64,000 bases of DNA, taken from the NCBI GenBank assembly GCA_963705295.1, contig OY970065.1, positions 480,001 to 544,000 of the forward strand, in the 5' to 3' direction. The notes under the pieces are model-generated. The model saw only the letters and a program-made list of their open reading frames with translations, had not been told where the DNA came from and did not search any database. Source of the DNA: Parachlamydiales bacterium (GTDB lineage: Bacteria > Chlamydiota > Chlamydiia > Chlamydiales > Rhabdochlamydiaceae). Below are positions 47,344 to 57,414 of the stretch, in pieces (within the stretch, counting starts at the first letter, position 1; each line of letters opens with the position of its first letter). A program made the translations under genes and the position numbers.

Positions 47344-48165
47344 CTATTCTGCATGATAGCTAAAAAATACCATATGTAAAAGGTTCACAGCAAAGTGGCA
47401 AATGATGCTGCTTTCGATGGTTCGAACATATTGATAAATGCTCCCATAAAAAACTCCCGCTAGAAAAACAAATCCGAGCATGCCGAGTGAGGGTGACCAC
47501 CCGACGTGAAAGAATGTAAATAGGAGTGATGCTCCTAGAATACCAGTGAGATGGGCTAAGACTCCTCCTTTCATACTTTTAAAAATTTCCTCTTGGACAA
47601 AACCTCGAAAAAAAGCCTCTTCGGGCAAGACAACAAGGAAAAGATTGGTCGCGATCCGAAGAAAGAAATGAGACGGAATTTTAAATTGCCACGTTATTGT
47701 CCCAGAATGGAGCGCTAAAGATGCAAGGATGACCACGGCAAGGAAGGTTAGGGGCACGGCTCGAACGGCTGTATGGTACCATTGTGCGGGGGTTTGAAGG
47801 AGAGGGAGTAAAAAAGCCAAAATAAACAGCCCCGTTAACGGTTTATCGTAATTGACCCAAAAATTTCCCGAGACATGCCAGTTATGAAAACCAGGAAGGA
47901 GATGGAAGCTGAGACCGGCTACTATTGCAATGGCGATGATGACTAATATGAGACGTGGCATTCCGCTGAGCGGTTTTCTCAAAAACCAAAAAATCACCAA
48001 AAGACTCAAAATGGGTACGAGTGAAAAAGGTTGAGCAACACTGGTGTGAAACGCTAAGATATAGGAAATGATAAAAAAGCCGCCCCAAAGCCATATCGAC
48101 TTATGGATCCAAAGGCTTAAGAAAGACATCATCAAAGTATAAAAAGCTAAATGGCATAATTCCAT
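47344..48165 (-). CDS. CPBP (Abi/CAAX) family intramembrane metalloprotease
   Basis: PEEAFFRG, FTFFH, HFAVN motifs; multiple TM segments. Confidence 0.9.
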   Translation of the reverse strand: MELCHLAFYTLMMSFLSLWIHKSIWLWGGFFIISYILAFHTSVAQPFSLVPILSLLVIFWFLRKPLSGMPRLILVIIAIAIVAGLSFHLLPGFHNWHVSGNFWVNYDKPLTGLFILAFLLPLLQTPAQWYHTAVRAVPLTFLAVVILASLALHSGTITWQFKIPSHFFLRIATNLFLVVLPEEAFFRGFVQEEIFKSMKGGVLAHLTGILGASLLFTFFHVGWSPSLGMLGFVFLAGVFYGSIYQYVRTIESSIICHFAVNLLHMVFFSYHAE

Positions 48166-48179
48166 TTGAATAAGGGTAC

Positions 48180-48851
48180 ATGCTTCGGAAAAAAAGTGGA
48201 AGTTTAGAATGGCTTGAGTTTGAGCTCTTCCAAGAGTTTCCAGAGCTCCAACATGGTGTTTTCTTGAGCAATGATTCCGAGAAGATTAAAAGCCAGTTTG
48301 GATGTCCGTTTTATTTTTGGAGACAGGTCCATGGGATTCATATCGAAGTCGTCCCATCGGAGAAACCTGATTTAGAATGTGATGGATTGATGACCCAGCA
48401 TCAAAATGCCGGACTTTTGATCAAACACGCCGATTGTCAAGCCGTCATTTTTTATGATCCGATCAAAAAAGCGATTGCTTCGATCCATGCGGGTTGGAGA
48501 GGAAATGTGCAAAATATCTATGGCGTCGCTGTTGCAAAAATGAGAAAAGAATACGGTACAAAACCAGAAAATCTCTTTGTCGGCGTCTCTCCCAGTTTAG
48601 GCCCTTGCTGTGCCCAGTTTATCCACTATGAAAAAGAAATTCCGAATAAATTCTGGACTTTTCAAACCAGGCCATTGTATTTTGATCTCTGGGAAATGGC
48701 TCGTATGCAATTATTGGAAGAAGGAGTGGTCGCGCATCATCTCGAAATATCACCGATCTGCACCTGTTGTTCTCCGGAAAACTTCCCTTCTTATCGGAGA
48801 GACAAGAAAGCGGATCGACTAGGAACTGCGGTAGCATTGAAAAAATTATGA
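48180..48851 (+). CDS. pgeF: YfiH/PgeF family protein (purine nucleoside phosphorylase / peptidoglycan editing factor)
   Basis: QVHG, DGL.T, ADC, HAGWRG, CTCC, SYRR. Confidence 0.88.
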   Translation: MLRKKSGSLEWLEFELFQEFPELQHGVFLSNDSEKIKSQFGCPFYFWRQVHGIHIEVVPSEKPDLECDGLMTQHQNAGLLIKHADCQAVIFYDPIKKAIASIHAGWRGNVQNIYGVAVAKMRKEYGTKPENLFVGVSPSLGPCCAQFIHYEKEIPNKFWTFQTRPLYFDLWEMARMQLLEEGVVAHHLEISPICTCCSPENFPSYRRDKKADRLGTAVALKKL

Positions 48852-49405
48852 AAAAATTTATTTTTGCCTCTGTCTGTTTATTCATCCATTCGGTTTTTGC
48901 TTATCCAGATTATGAGCAAGGCGGTTATGTGAACATTTTTGGCGGCGCAGCCTTTGCAAAGCGGGAAAAAATCGACCATGTAAAAACAAAATTGCATACT
49001 GGGTACGCTGCAGGGGGATCGCTCGGATATGTCACACCCTGGAATTTCAGTGTCGAAGGAGAATCGACCTACCGGAGACATACCATCAAAAAGGTTTACG
49101 ACCACGATCGGCATCTTCGAGCACGGGGGCATTTTTCATCTTTATCGTATATGGCCAATCTCATCTGCAAAAATCCCCTCCATTTTTGGCTTGAGCCGTA
49201 CTTAGGCGCAGGTATCGGATATGCCCATAGTCTCCATACCCTTAAAAGCCATGGAAAAAGAGGTTTTGCCTGGCAAGCCATGGGTGGAGTTGCCTTTGCC
49301 ATCGCCTACCATGTCGATTTCAATCTCGAATACCGATACTACCAGCCCAACGTTGAAGAATATCATTGCCAAAATGCCCTCCTTGGATTTAAGTTTATTT
49401 TTTAG
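48848..49405 (+). CDS. Small outer-membrane beta-barrel protein (OmpA-like/opacity type)
   Basis: Signal peptide, PYLGAGIG, FAWQAMGG, LEYRY, C-terminal F. Confidence 0.85.
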   Translation: MKKFIFASVCLFIHSVFAYPDYEQGGYVNIFGGAAFAKREKIDHVKTKLHTGYAAGGSLGYVTPWNFSVEGESTYRRHTIKKVYDHDRHLRARGHFSSLSYMANLICKNPLHFWLEPYLGAGIGYAHSLHTLKSHGKRGFAWQAMGGVAFAIAYHVDFNLEYRYYQPNVEEYHCQNALLGFKFIF

Positions 49406-49414
49406 AGGTCGTGT

Positions 49415-50401
49415 ATGAAAAAGTTTTTGCTCTGCTTTCTTGTTTGTCTTGGGTCTTTATCTGCAGGTTGTCACCTTTTTATCGCCCCCGGTAATAAAGT
49501 TGAAAAGGGGATATCGGAGTATTATCAATCATTCTATTCTTTTACAACCAACACAGTCACGCTGGAACCGTTCGTTGCAAATTTAGAAAAATATACGGTG
49601 CACTTTGCAAATCCAACTCAACCGAGTATTGAAGGATTTGTTGAAAAAAAGGGAAAGTTCGCCACGCTAGAATCAAAAATTGTTACTAATCCCAGTAGAA
49701 TTGCCGAATTAATAAAGAACAATCCACGCCTCGACAATGTTCATCTTGCTAATCTACAAGGTTATGGAACAACAGAAGTCATCTGGATCGATAAAAAGAA
49801 AAGGTATGCTATTTTAGGCGGCGGTGTAGCAAATAAAAACTTTGTTGATAGATCCTCGGCTGTTAATAAAAAGTATTTTCCGCAAGATTTAGCAGACAGA
49901 CTTTATCGAGACGTACAAAAAGATACAGTTTCATTTCGTCAGGGGAGCCGATTTGCTCCTAGGACGATCTACGTTTTAGGCGAGCCGAATTGTCCAGCTT
50001 GTCATGACCTCTACTATGCATTAAAACCTTTCGTCGATAACAAAGAATTATCGATCCACTGGAGCCTGGTCTTTTTCATTAAACCGTCTTCAAGGGGGAA
50101 AGGGGCTGCCATTCTCATGGGCCAGGTTCCACCCAATTCAGGTTATTCTCCCACACGGATCGGAGCTTGGAACTATAATGAACAACATTTTATCCTACCG
50201 GAAACCGGCGGTATCCCACCTGCGAAGGATGTCACACTTAAAACCGGTAGACAACTGAATCAAAACGAACTTTTCTTTCTCTCCAATGGATTTACATTCA
50301 CTCCCGTCATTTTTTTTAAAAATAAAGAGGGGACTGCTAACTTTACAGGAGGTACTCCTTCGAATGTGAATGCCTTTGTCAACAACTTATTTGTTTATTG
50401 A
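49415..50401 (+). CDS. Secreted thioredoxin-fold protein, DsbG/DsbC-like
   Basis: Signal peptide; IYVLGEPNCPACH (CxxC); FTP cis-Pro loop. Confidence 0.75.
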   Translation: MKKFLLCFLVCLGSLSAGCHLFIAPGNKVEKGISEYYQSFYSFTTNTVTLEPFVANLEKYTVHFANPTQPSIEGFVEKKGKFATLESKIVTNPSRIAELIKNNPRLDNVHLANLQGYGTTEVIWIDKKKRYAILGGGVANKNFVDRSSAVNKKYFPQDLADRLYRDVQKDTVSFRQGSRFAPRTIYVLGEPNCPACHDLYYALKPFVDNKELSIHWSLVFFIKPSSRGKGAAILMGQVPPNSGYSPTRIGAWNYNEQHFILPETGGIPPAKDVTLKTGRQLNQNELFFLSNGFTFTPVIFFKNKEGTANFTGGTPSNVNAFVNNLFVY

Positions 50402-51363
50402 TAGTAGTTGATAGCGAGAATCCAGGTGAGGAAATCGTAGGTGTCGTTAACATTACGACCTGCAATACTGAACCAAGGGCCAAAGACAAAGCCGAGATTG
50501 GCGTTGACATTGTACTCGACACCGGGAGCCAAGCTTAAATTTTCCGAAGAAGGAAAAACAGGCTTTGTCCCTCGAGGGCTGTGTCCTGAAAATCGATTCC
50601 GGTTGCTATGCTGATAAACGATATCTAGAGTAAAGCCCCAGCTCCTAGAGACACTGACTTCAAGTGCTTCCATAAGGAAAAATATATTGCCTGGATATAC
50701 AGTTCCTCGTGTTTCTGGAACACCTCCATAATAGTTGAACCCACGTACGTGAACGGGGGTTGATACATAGTAAGCGGTGTGCATTCTCCAATCTAAAAAG
50801 TAATATCCTCCGAGGTAAAACAATTTAGAAAAAACAAGACCGATACCGGGGAGCCAGTTTCCTGCGCCGCCGTAATCGGTTGCAAATTTTTTAGGATTTA
50901 AACGATCGTATTTACCAATGGGAATCGTCGCAGCAAGCCTGAGTTTTATTGCCGGAATCCATTCTTCATGGACTTCATTCAAGAGTTGGATGCCAAAGGT
51001 GAAGGGTAAATCTCCGACGCGCCATGCATGCTGCCCTTGGCTATTGTTATAAAGGCCTTGTAAGACAATATCTAATTCAGTCCCTGGTAAAATCCCTATG
51101 TTGGCAGTGGGTTGGATGAGGAGCTCTTTAAAATGTGGTGTTGAAACAGGACGCCAGTGTTTATTATAGACACCTTTTAAATCGTACCAGTAGAAGTATT
51201 GTTCAATGTTGAAGTGGCCTGGTTCCACAGCGTGTGCAGACGGTGTTATGAGAGGGCCCGAAAGCCAGGTTTCTGGCCTTGTTGGAGTGGGCGGAGGAAT
51301 TTCCCCAATCCTGGCTTGTAAAATGATCGGAAGAAAAAGAATGAAGACAATTTTTCTAAACAT
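50395..51363 (-). CDS. Putative outer-membrane beta-barrel channel
   Basis: Signal peptide, GPLITP, alternating beta strands, aromatic C-terminus. Confidence 0.65.
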   Translation of the reverse strand: MFRKIVFILFLPIILQARIGEIPPPTPTRPETWLSGPLITPSAHAVEPGHFNIEQYFYWYDLKGVYNKHWRPVSTPHFKELLIQPTANIGILPGTELDIVLQGLYNNSQGQHAWRVGDLPFTFGIQLLNEVHEEWIPAIKLRLAATIPIGKYDRLNPKKFATDYGGAGNWLPGIGLVFSKLFYLGGYYFLDWRMHTAYYVSTPVHVRGFNYYGGVPETRGTVYPGNIFFLMEALEVSVSRSWGFTLDIVYQHSNRNRFSGHSPRGTKPVFPSSENLSLAPGVEYNVNANLGFVFGPWFSIAGRNVNDTYDFLTWILAINYYQ

Positions 51364-53950
51364 ACGCAGTAAATGTAACATCAAAATTCTGTTTTTGTCG
51401 AGGAAGTTGAATGAAAGGTATGAGGATTTTTTGTGGTTCGTCGTGAAGGGTAATAATAGCCAGATCAGAAAGCTGTGTCATTTGCAGAGCGTCGATCGAA
51501 TCCAGAGCGACTTGACGTTTGAGAAAGATGAAATCGTCATTTCTCCTCAGTTGTAGTAATTCGATAAACTCAGGGCGGGCGAGATATTCATGGGTATGTT
51601 GAGTTGTTCCACCTGCAGGTAAATAATCACATTCGTTCCGATGTCGAAAAGGGGCCTCGCTCACTGCATGGTTCAAGTATTGCCACAATCCCGGTTGGTC
51701 TTCCACATGCACAATCCGGTCCATATCACAATCGATGATGCTGATTTTTTGGTTATGGAATTGGAGTAAATGTGCAAGATTGAAACAAAACTCAGAATCT
51801 TTTTTGCTGAGCAAAGCAACAACAGTCGGTTTGTCTTTTTTCCGCTCCAGTAAAAACGATGCAAGTTTGCGCACCGTTTGGAGGTCTTGATCGGGTATGT
51901 TATCAAAGGGAATTTCTCTCGAAGAAAGAGAACCAGAAATATGTCCGCCCATATGGAATACCGTCGATAGCGAGGTCGGTAGCCCTTTGATAAATTCCAA
52001 AAATAGAAAAAAGAGATAAAAAATCATTCCGATCAAAATTCCCCCACCGAGAGTTTTAAAAAAGATAAGAGGTGACTTTGGCTGTAGAGGGGATTCAGCT
52101 AAATCTAACGGTTTCGATTCGACTTGATAAAGATGACGAGAGAGGTTCTTTGTTTCTGCAATATTTGTCAGCCCTTCCATCATCCCTTGGGTGAGATCTG
52201 CTTTGAATTGGAGTCTTTTATCCAAGTGCCAAAGTTCCGGGATTTCCTGGAGGGTATTTTTGAGCTGCGAAATTTTATATTCGAGAACGTCTTTCTCTTT
52301 GAAAAGAAGATCTTTCATGACGGTATACAAAGAGGCGATTTTTTCTTGGATCAATTGAATCCGGATTTTCCCAAGTTCCAAAATTTGACTTAAATGAGAT
52401 TCTAAAAATCTTTTTTGGATGATCAGAGCTTCTTTGAGACGGTGGTGTTCTTTGCTGCTCCGATTGATCGAGTCACACAGCTCGGCTTCAATTTTCCCCG
52501 CTTTTTGAATTAAAAATTCTGTCACCGAGTCGGTCAGGAGGTTCGAAAGAGTACTGATTTCAAAATCGGGTTTATGGAGATGGTCTCGAAAGAAAATCAC
52601 CTGTTTCAACTGCGCTTGCAAATTATCCAATTGTTGGCAGTATTCGCCGAACAGTCTCCGTGCAGCCTCGATTGTCATGCCTCGAAAATCGGTTTCCAAT
52701 TTTTCAATATATTGACAACTTTCTTCGAGATTTTTTTGCCGGAGTGTTAAATGTTCGATTAAAAAATGGACGTGGGATGAGAGTTGTTCTTTATTGGATG
52801 GGGGTTGTTCATAGTGCCAAACTTGCTCCAGCACGGAGGTTGGGAGAGAATCTTCCGTACCGATTTTTTGGAGAATCGACCTTAAATCTTCGATTTGATG
52901 GGCAAATTGTTGTCCAAACTTCTCAACGAGTTTGGGATGAGCTTCCACAGGGATCGAGGTTTTTTCGATCATTCTCTTTTTCAACCCTTCCATTTCTACA
53001 TCGATGTTATCCACTCTTCCTCGGTACGATTGAAGAGGTTGTAGGAGCGATTCTATTTCTTTTTGGACCCCTAAGAAACCGTGTTTCATAAAGTTTTGTT
53101 TCATGAGAGCCACGTGTTCTTTCATATCGAGGTCGAGTTTTGCCCCCAGTTCATCTTGTCTTTTTTCGAGATATTTGATTTGGGCTCCAATCACCGTTTT
53201 ATTTTCTTCGATGAGAAATTCTTCATATTTCGACATGAGGGTATTGATGAGGTCGGCTGCTAAGTGACGATTTTTATGAGCGAACTGTAATAAGAGAATA
53301 TTTTTGTCTTCTTGAAGACGTTTAATACCGATGTTTCTTCTCAGTTCTTGAACCATTCCCCTTCTAGGGTGAAATGTGATTCGATAATTTTTATTCAACT
53401 TTAAAGAATGAGGAACTTTAGAAAGAGTAAAGGTAACCCCTTGAAATGAAACGGGCTCACAGACTTTTCCTTTTAGTCCATCTATTTCGAATGTATGGAG
53501 AGAGGTGAATCTTAAATCCGAGGAAATCGTTTTTTCACCTTCATAAGAAACATTTTTGAAAGTAAAACCGTCATGATCAGGAGTTTTTAATCCCAGTTCT
53601 GTCAGTAAATTATTCCTGATCGTCTTGAGACGAGTATCCATCTTGACTTCGGCCTGAAGACCGAGCTCTTCGATCGTTTTCGTCAAAACTGCTCGGGAAA
53701 GAATCAGATAAGCAGTTGTTTCCTCGGAGCCCGTACTGGAAAAGGAACGGATGAAATTTTTAAAATCGACCCCTTGCTCAACTCGGGGGATCCCTTGTTT
53801 GAATGTCGCTGAGGCCTCATACCGAGGAGGAATAAAGAGAAAATTTAAGAAAAGAAAAATAGACCCTAATAAACTGAGTCGAAGAAGGGTTCTTTTTTTC
53901 TTTTCAAAAACTTTTTTCAGATCATCCCAAGCAATATAGTAATCTCTCAT
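51356..53950 (-). CDS. Polysaccharide co-polymerase (Wzc/GumC-like) with degenerate kinase domain
   Basis: Two TM segments flanking a large coiled-coil region; C-terminal NLA..L, IIDCD, PGLWQYL, LPAG; downstream of wza. Confidence 0.8.
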   Translation of the reverse strand: MRDYYIAWDDLKKVFEKKKRTLLRLSLLGSIFLFLNFLFIPPRYEASATFKQGIPRVEQGVDFKNFIRSFSSTGSEETTAYLILSRAVLTKTIEELGLQAEVKMDTRLKTIRNNLLTELGLKTPDHDGFTFKNVSYEGEKTISSDLRFTSLHTFEIDGLKGKVCEPVSFQGVTFTLSKVPHSLKLNKNYRITFHPRRGMVQELRRNIGIKRLQEDKNILLLQFAHKNRHLAADLINTLMSKYEEFLIEENKTVIGAQIKYLEKRQDELGAKLDLDMKEHVALMKQNFMKHGFLGVQKEIESLLQPLQSYRGRVDNIDVEMEGLKKRMIEKTSIPVEAHPKLVEKFGQQFAHQIEDLRSILQKIGTEDSLPTSVLEQVWHYEQPPSNKEQLSSHVHFLIEHLTLRQKNLEESCQYIEKLETDFRGMTIEAARRLFGEYCQQLDNLQAQLKQVIFFRDHLHKPDFEISTLSNLLTDSVTEFLIQKAGKIEAELCDSINRSSKEHHRLKEALIIQKRFLESHLSQILELGKIRIQLIQEKIASLYTVMKDLLFKEKDVLEYKISQLKNTLQEIPELWHLDKRLQFKADLTQGMMEGLTNIAETKNLSRHLYQVESKPLDLAESPLQPKSPLIFFKTLGGGILIGMIFYLFFLFLEFIKGLPTSLSTVFHMGGHISGSLSSREIPFDNIPDQDLQTVRKLASFLLERKKDKPTVVALLSKKDSEFCFNLAHLLQFHNQKISIIDCDMDRIVHVEDQPGLWQYLNHAVSEAPFRHRNECDYLPAGGTTQHTHEYLARPEFIELLQLRRNDDFIFLKRQVALDSIDALQMTQLSDLAIITLHDEPQKILIPFIQLPRQKQNFDVTFTAYV

Positions 53951-55014
53951 GGTACGTTGACTCCGATCCGTCTGACTCCACCCGTGATAAGGTCAATATT
54001 GACGAACGTCGGTGTCAATTGCGACATAAATCGGTTCCATTCGGTGAAAGGAGTCGCAGCAACATAGACGATATCGCCCGGGATGAGGAGCATACTATCC
54101 GACGGAAGATGAATCACATGATCCCAAGTGAGAGTGTAAATCTTTGGGTTGAGAATATTCCCCCGAATAATTTGAATGTACGATTTATTACCCGTATACG
54201 GAATACCACCTGCCTCGCCCAGCGCCTGACGGACCGTCATGAAACCATTGGGCATGTCGACAATCCGTTCCTTTCCGACTTCTCCGAGGACCATGAGTGT
54301 GGAAGCTGAAGGATCGGCAACGTAGATTTTGTCACCGCCGCGGAGAACGATATTTTGCGACATATCTCCCTCTTTGAGGAGTTTGTATAGGTCAACTGGG
54401 AGCATGGTGTTGTCTCGAACAACATAACTTTTAAAGAGGTTGGCATTCGATGGAACTTTCGCCTTACAGAGGGCTTCAAAAAGCCTCAGTTTTCCATCGA
54501 CAGGGAGGCCCGGCGTTGAAACCATACCTGCCAGTTCGACTTTTCTTTCGAGTCGATCTTTATACGAGAGAAAAACCTGAACATCGCGGATTTGCGACGA
54601 ATACAGCGATTGAATTTTTTGCGACGCTTCCTCGAGCGTCAACCCTTGGACGCAAATCGGTTCGAGATCAGGCATCCGAATTTTTCCCTCATGGACCCGA
54701 AAACCCACCGTCGATCCAATCGCCTCGATCGATGCAGAGATATCCGAACGGGTCGGATGGTAAACAGCGATATACAAAACATCTCCATCCTGAATCGTAT
54801 CTTGATACTCATCGAGAAGCTCCGGAGGAAATTCTTCAAAGCTTTTCCCTTCGAGCTGTAAAATCGAAAATTTACCTTGTCTAATCTTGTACGAATCCAT
54901 TACAAATTCATCTGCACCGACGACATCCCTTCCCTTATAGGGAGGATTCCCGCAACCAAAAAACAATAAAACCGTGCAGATAAAGATAAGATACATAAAA
55001 ATGTAGTCGATCAT
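53947..55014 (-). CDS. wza: Polysaccharide export lipoprotein (Wza-like)
   Basis: Lipobox FFGC, I.DGD.L, GLTLEE, SLBB repeats, PGDIVYV, WNRF..Q. Confidence 0.88.
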   Translation of the reverse strand: MIDYIFMYLIFICTVLLFFGCGNPPYKGRDVVGADEFVMDSYKIRQGKFSILQLEGKSFEEFPPELLDEYQDTIQDGDVLYIAVYHPTRSDISASIEAIGSTVGFRVHEGKIRMPDLEPICVQGLTLEEASQKIQSLYSSQIRDVQVFLSYKDRLERKVELAGMVSTPGLPVDGKLRLFEALCKAKVPSNANLFKSYVVRDNTMLPVDLYKLLKEGDMSQNIVLRGGDKIYVADPSASTLMVLGEVGKERIVDMPNGFMTVRQALGEAGGIPYTGNKSYIQIIRGNILNPKIYTLTWDHVIHLPSDSMLLIPGDIVYVAATPFTEWNRFMSQLTPTFVNIDLITGGVRRIGVNVP

Positions 55015-55037
55015 TACTCAGGAATTATTTTTGCGCA

Positions 55038-55979
55038 ATGTCGATCTTCATCACGGGTATCGCAGGTTTCATCGGTTTTCACGTTGCAGAGGCTCTTCGG
55101 AAAAGGGGTCATGCGGTTGTTGGGTGTGATAATTTCAACAATTATTATGATCCCCAGTTAAAGCGGGACCGAGCCGCTCTTTTACCCGGCGTCAAAATCG
55201 TCGATGCCGATATCCGGAGTACGTCTCTCCTAGATCAACTCCTTCGGGAAAATGGAGTCACCCATTTTGTCCATCTAGCAGCACAGGCAGGTGTCCGCTT
55301 TCCCCATCCGGAGAGTTATGTCTCCAACAATCTCGAGGGGTTTGTTTCTGTCCTTGAGGCACTCCGGAGGCACCCCCACATTCCTCTTACTTACGCCTCT
55401 TCATCGTCTGTCTATGGACTCAACACAAAAATCCCGTTCTCCGAAGACGATACGACCGACATTCCTTCCAGTCTGTATGGAGCGACCAAAAAATCAAATG
55501 AACTGATTGCCCATTCGTATCACCATCTCTATGGTCTCTCCACGACGGGACTCCGGTTCTTTACAGTTTATGGCCCCTGGGGACGGCCCGACATGGCTTA
55601 TTTTTCATTTGCTACATCTATTCTGCAGGGAAAACCTCTCCAACTTTTCAATCACGGAAAGATGCAGCGCGACTTCACCTATATCGATGATATTGTCTCT
55701 GGAATTCTCGCCGCTATCGATCTGGCTGCGCCGCATGCGATTTTTAATCTGGGAAATCATCAACCCGAAGAAGTTCTTCGCTTAGTCGAACTGCTTGAGA
55801 AAAATCTCAAAAAATCAGCCCTAAAAGAATTTGTTGGCCCGCGTGTCGGAGAAATTCAAACAACCTTTGCCGATATCAAGAAAAGTCGTGAAGCTCTCGG
55901 GTTTTCTCCAAAGGTCTCCCTGGAAGAGGGGATTCAAAGGTTTGTTGATTGGTACCGATATTACTACAAAATTTCATGA
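55038..55979 (+). CDS. UDP-glucuronate 4-epimerase family NAD-dependent epimerase
   Basis: TGIAGFIG, HLAAQAGVR, ASSSSVYG, YGATKK, RFFTVYGPWGRPDMA. Confidence 0.92.
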   Translation: MSIFITGIAGFIGFHVAEALRKRGHAVVGCDNFNNYYDPQLKRDRAALLPGVKIVDADIRSTSLLDQLLRENGVTHFVHLAAQAGVRFPHPESYVSNNLEGFVSVLEALRRHPHIPLTYASSSSVYGLNTKIPFSEDDTTDIPSSLYGATKKSNELIAHSYHHLYGLSTTGLRFFTVYGPWGRPDMAYFSFATSILQGKPLQLFNHGKMQRDFTYIDDIVSGILAAIDLAAPHAIFNLGNHQPEEVLRLVELLEKNLKKSALKEFVGPRVGEIQTTFADIKKSREALGFSPKVSLEEGIQRFVDWYRYYYKIS

Positions 55980-57414
55980 CCGTCTCAGGCAAATATTTCA
56001 ACAAATCCGAGGCGATCATGCAGTACGATGTTAAATGGGCTGCTGCCGTCTCTCCGGAAACACCATGAAGATAAACTCCCAAGCAAGCCGCCTGAAGAGG
56101 CTCGAGTTTTTGGGCAAGAAGTCCCGCTAAAATCCCTGTGAGAACATCTCCAGAGCCGGCTGTTGCCATCCCCGGGTCTCCTTCAGCGACGATGAGGGGT
56201 TTCAGTTTAGGATGAAAAATCACCGTGGGCGCTCCTTTTAGAATAAGAGTGGTCTTATTGCGGTCAGCAAACTCTTGACACAGCTTTAGAGTCGGTTCTT
56301 TCTTTAAAAAAGCTTTCATTTCCCCATGATGCGGAGAAAGAATAGAATTCTTGGGGATCTTCCATGACCGATTCTTGGCCAAAAAATAGAGTGCATCGGC
56401 ATCTAAGACAGCGGGAAGATTTAATTTAGGAAGCAAGCTCTTCAGCACCGCTTCGACCTCTTCGGTTCTTCCAAGTCCTGGACCCACAAAAAAAGCCGCA
56501 GCCCGTTTTGATTCTTCCATCACCCGTTTCAGACTATAATCTTCGTGAATGACCTCTGCGAGAAGTCGATTTGTAGGAGTCTCTTCCATCGAAAATAACC
56601 TGACAATCCCTGCTCCGCTGCGTAAGACCCCTGCTGTCGCTAAGGCCGAAGCACCCGGCATATGAGGAGATCCCCCAATCCCAAGAACATAGCCGGCTTG
56701 ATATTTATGACGGGATCGTTGAATCCGGGGCATTTCAAGACTGCTTCGATCAAGTAAGGTCGCCTCTTCCTTAGCCTTTCCAACAAATTCCTCTGGAAGA
56801 CCGATATCCACACATCTCAGATCACCGATATGATCCCAACCTTTTCCAATAAAGAAACCGAGCTTTGGCAGGCCTAAATAAATCGTCTCTTTTGCCTCTA
56901 TGGCGACAGAGAGAACTTCACCCGTCGATCCATTTAATCCCGATGGAATATCAATCGCTAAAATAGGGAGTTTTGTTTGAAGAGCCCACTCAATACCTTT
57001 TTTCAAAGCCCCTTCAGCTTTTCCTTTAAATCCAGTACCCACAAGTCCATCTAAAATAACAGAACACTGCTTCGTATCGAATGTTGTTTCGACAACGCCA
57101 CCCTTGTCGATGAATTGCTCGTATCTTTCAAGGCAAAGTTGTGACGACCCTTCCAAGGGGAAAATCCGAATGGCATGAACAAAAAATCCTTTTCCGAGAA
57201 GAAGTCTCCCAGCTGTATACGCATCGCCGGCTTTATTTCCTTTGCCTACCAAAAGCATAACACGCTTTGGCAAATACCGTTTGTAAATGTACTCTTCGAC
57301 AGCAAGCGAAATTCCTTCTGCCGCTTTATCCATGAAAGTTCCAGGATCGTAACCTGCTTTAAAACACAGCTTCTCGATCCGCTGCATCTCTTCTGATGTT
57401 ACAACTTTGGTCAC
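55876..57414 (-). CDS. nnr: Bifunctional NAD(P)H-hydrate epimerase/dehydratase
   Basis: GKGNKAGD, DIPSG, GPGLG, DADAL, SPHHGE, LKG, AGSGDVLTG. Confidence 0.92.
   Translation of the reverse strand: MTKVVTSEEMQRIEKLCFKAGYDPGTFMDKAAEGISLAVEEYIYKRYLPKRVMLLVGKGNKAGDAYTAGRLLLGKGFFVHAIRIFPLEGSSQLCLERYEQFIDKGGVVETTFDTKQCSVILDGLVGTGFKGKAEGALKKGIEWALQTKLPILAIDIPSGLNGSTGEVLSVAIEAKETIYLGLPKLGFFIGKGWDHIGDLRCVDIGLPEEFVGKAKEEATLLDRSSLEMPRIQRSRHKYQAGYVLGIGGSPHMPGASALATAGVLRSGAGIVRLFSMEETPTNRLLAEVIHEDYSLKRVMEESKRAAAFFVGPGLGRTEEVEAVLKSLLPKLNLPAVLDADALYFLAKNRSWKIPKNSILSPHHGEMKAFLKKEPTLKLCQEFADRNKTTLILKGAPTVIFHPKLKPLIVAEGDPGMATAGSGDVLTGILAGLLAQKLEPLQAACLGVYLHGVSGETAAAHLTSYCMIASDLLKYLPETVMKFCSNIGTNQQTFESPLPGRPLEKTRELHDFS

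Noticed and set aside
55876..55979. 104-bp convergent overlap of nnr and the epimerase gene
   Set aside because: Best explained by stop-codon drift adding a non-conserved tail to Nnr.
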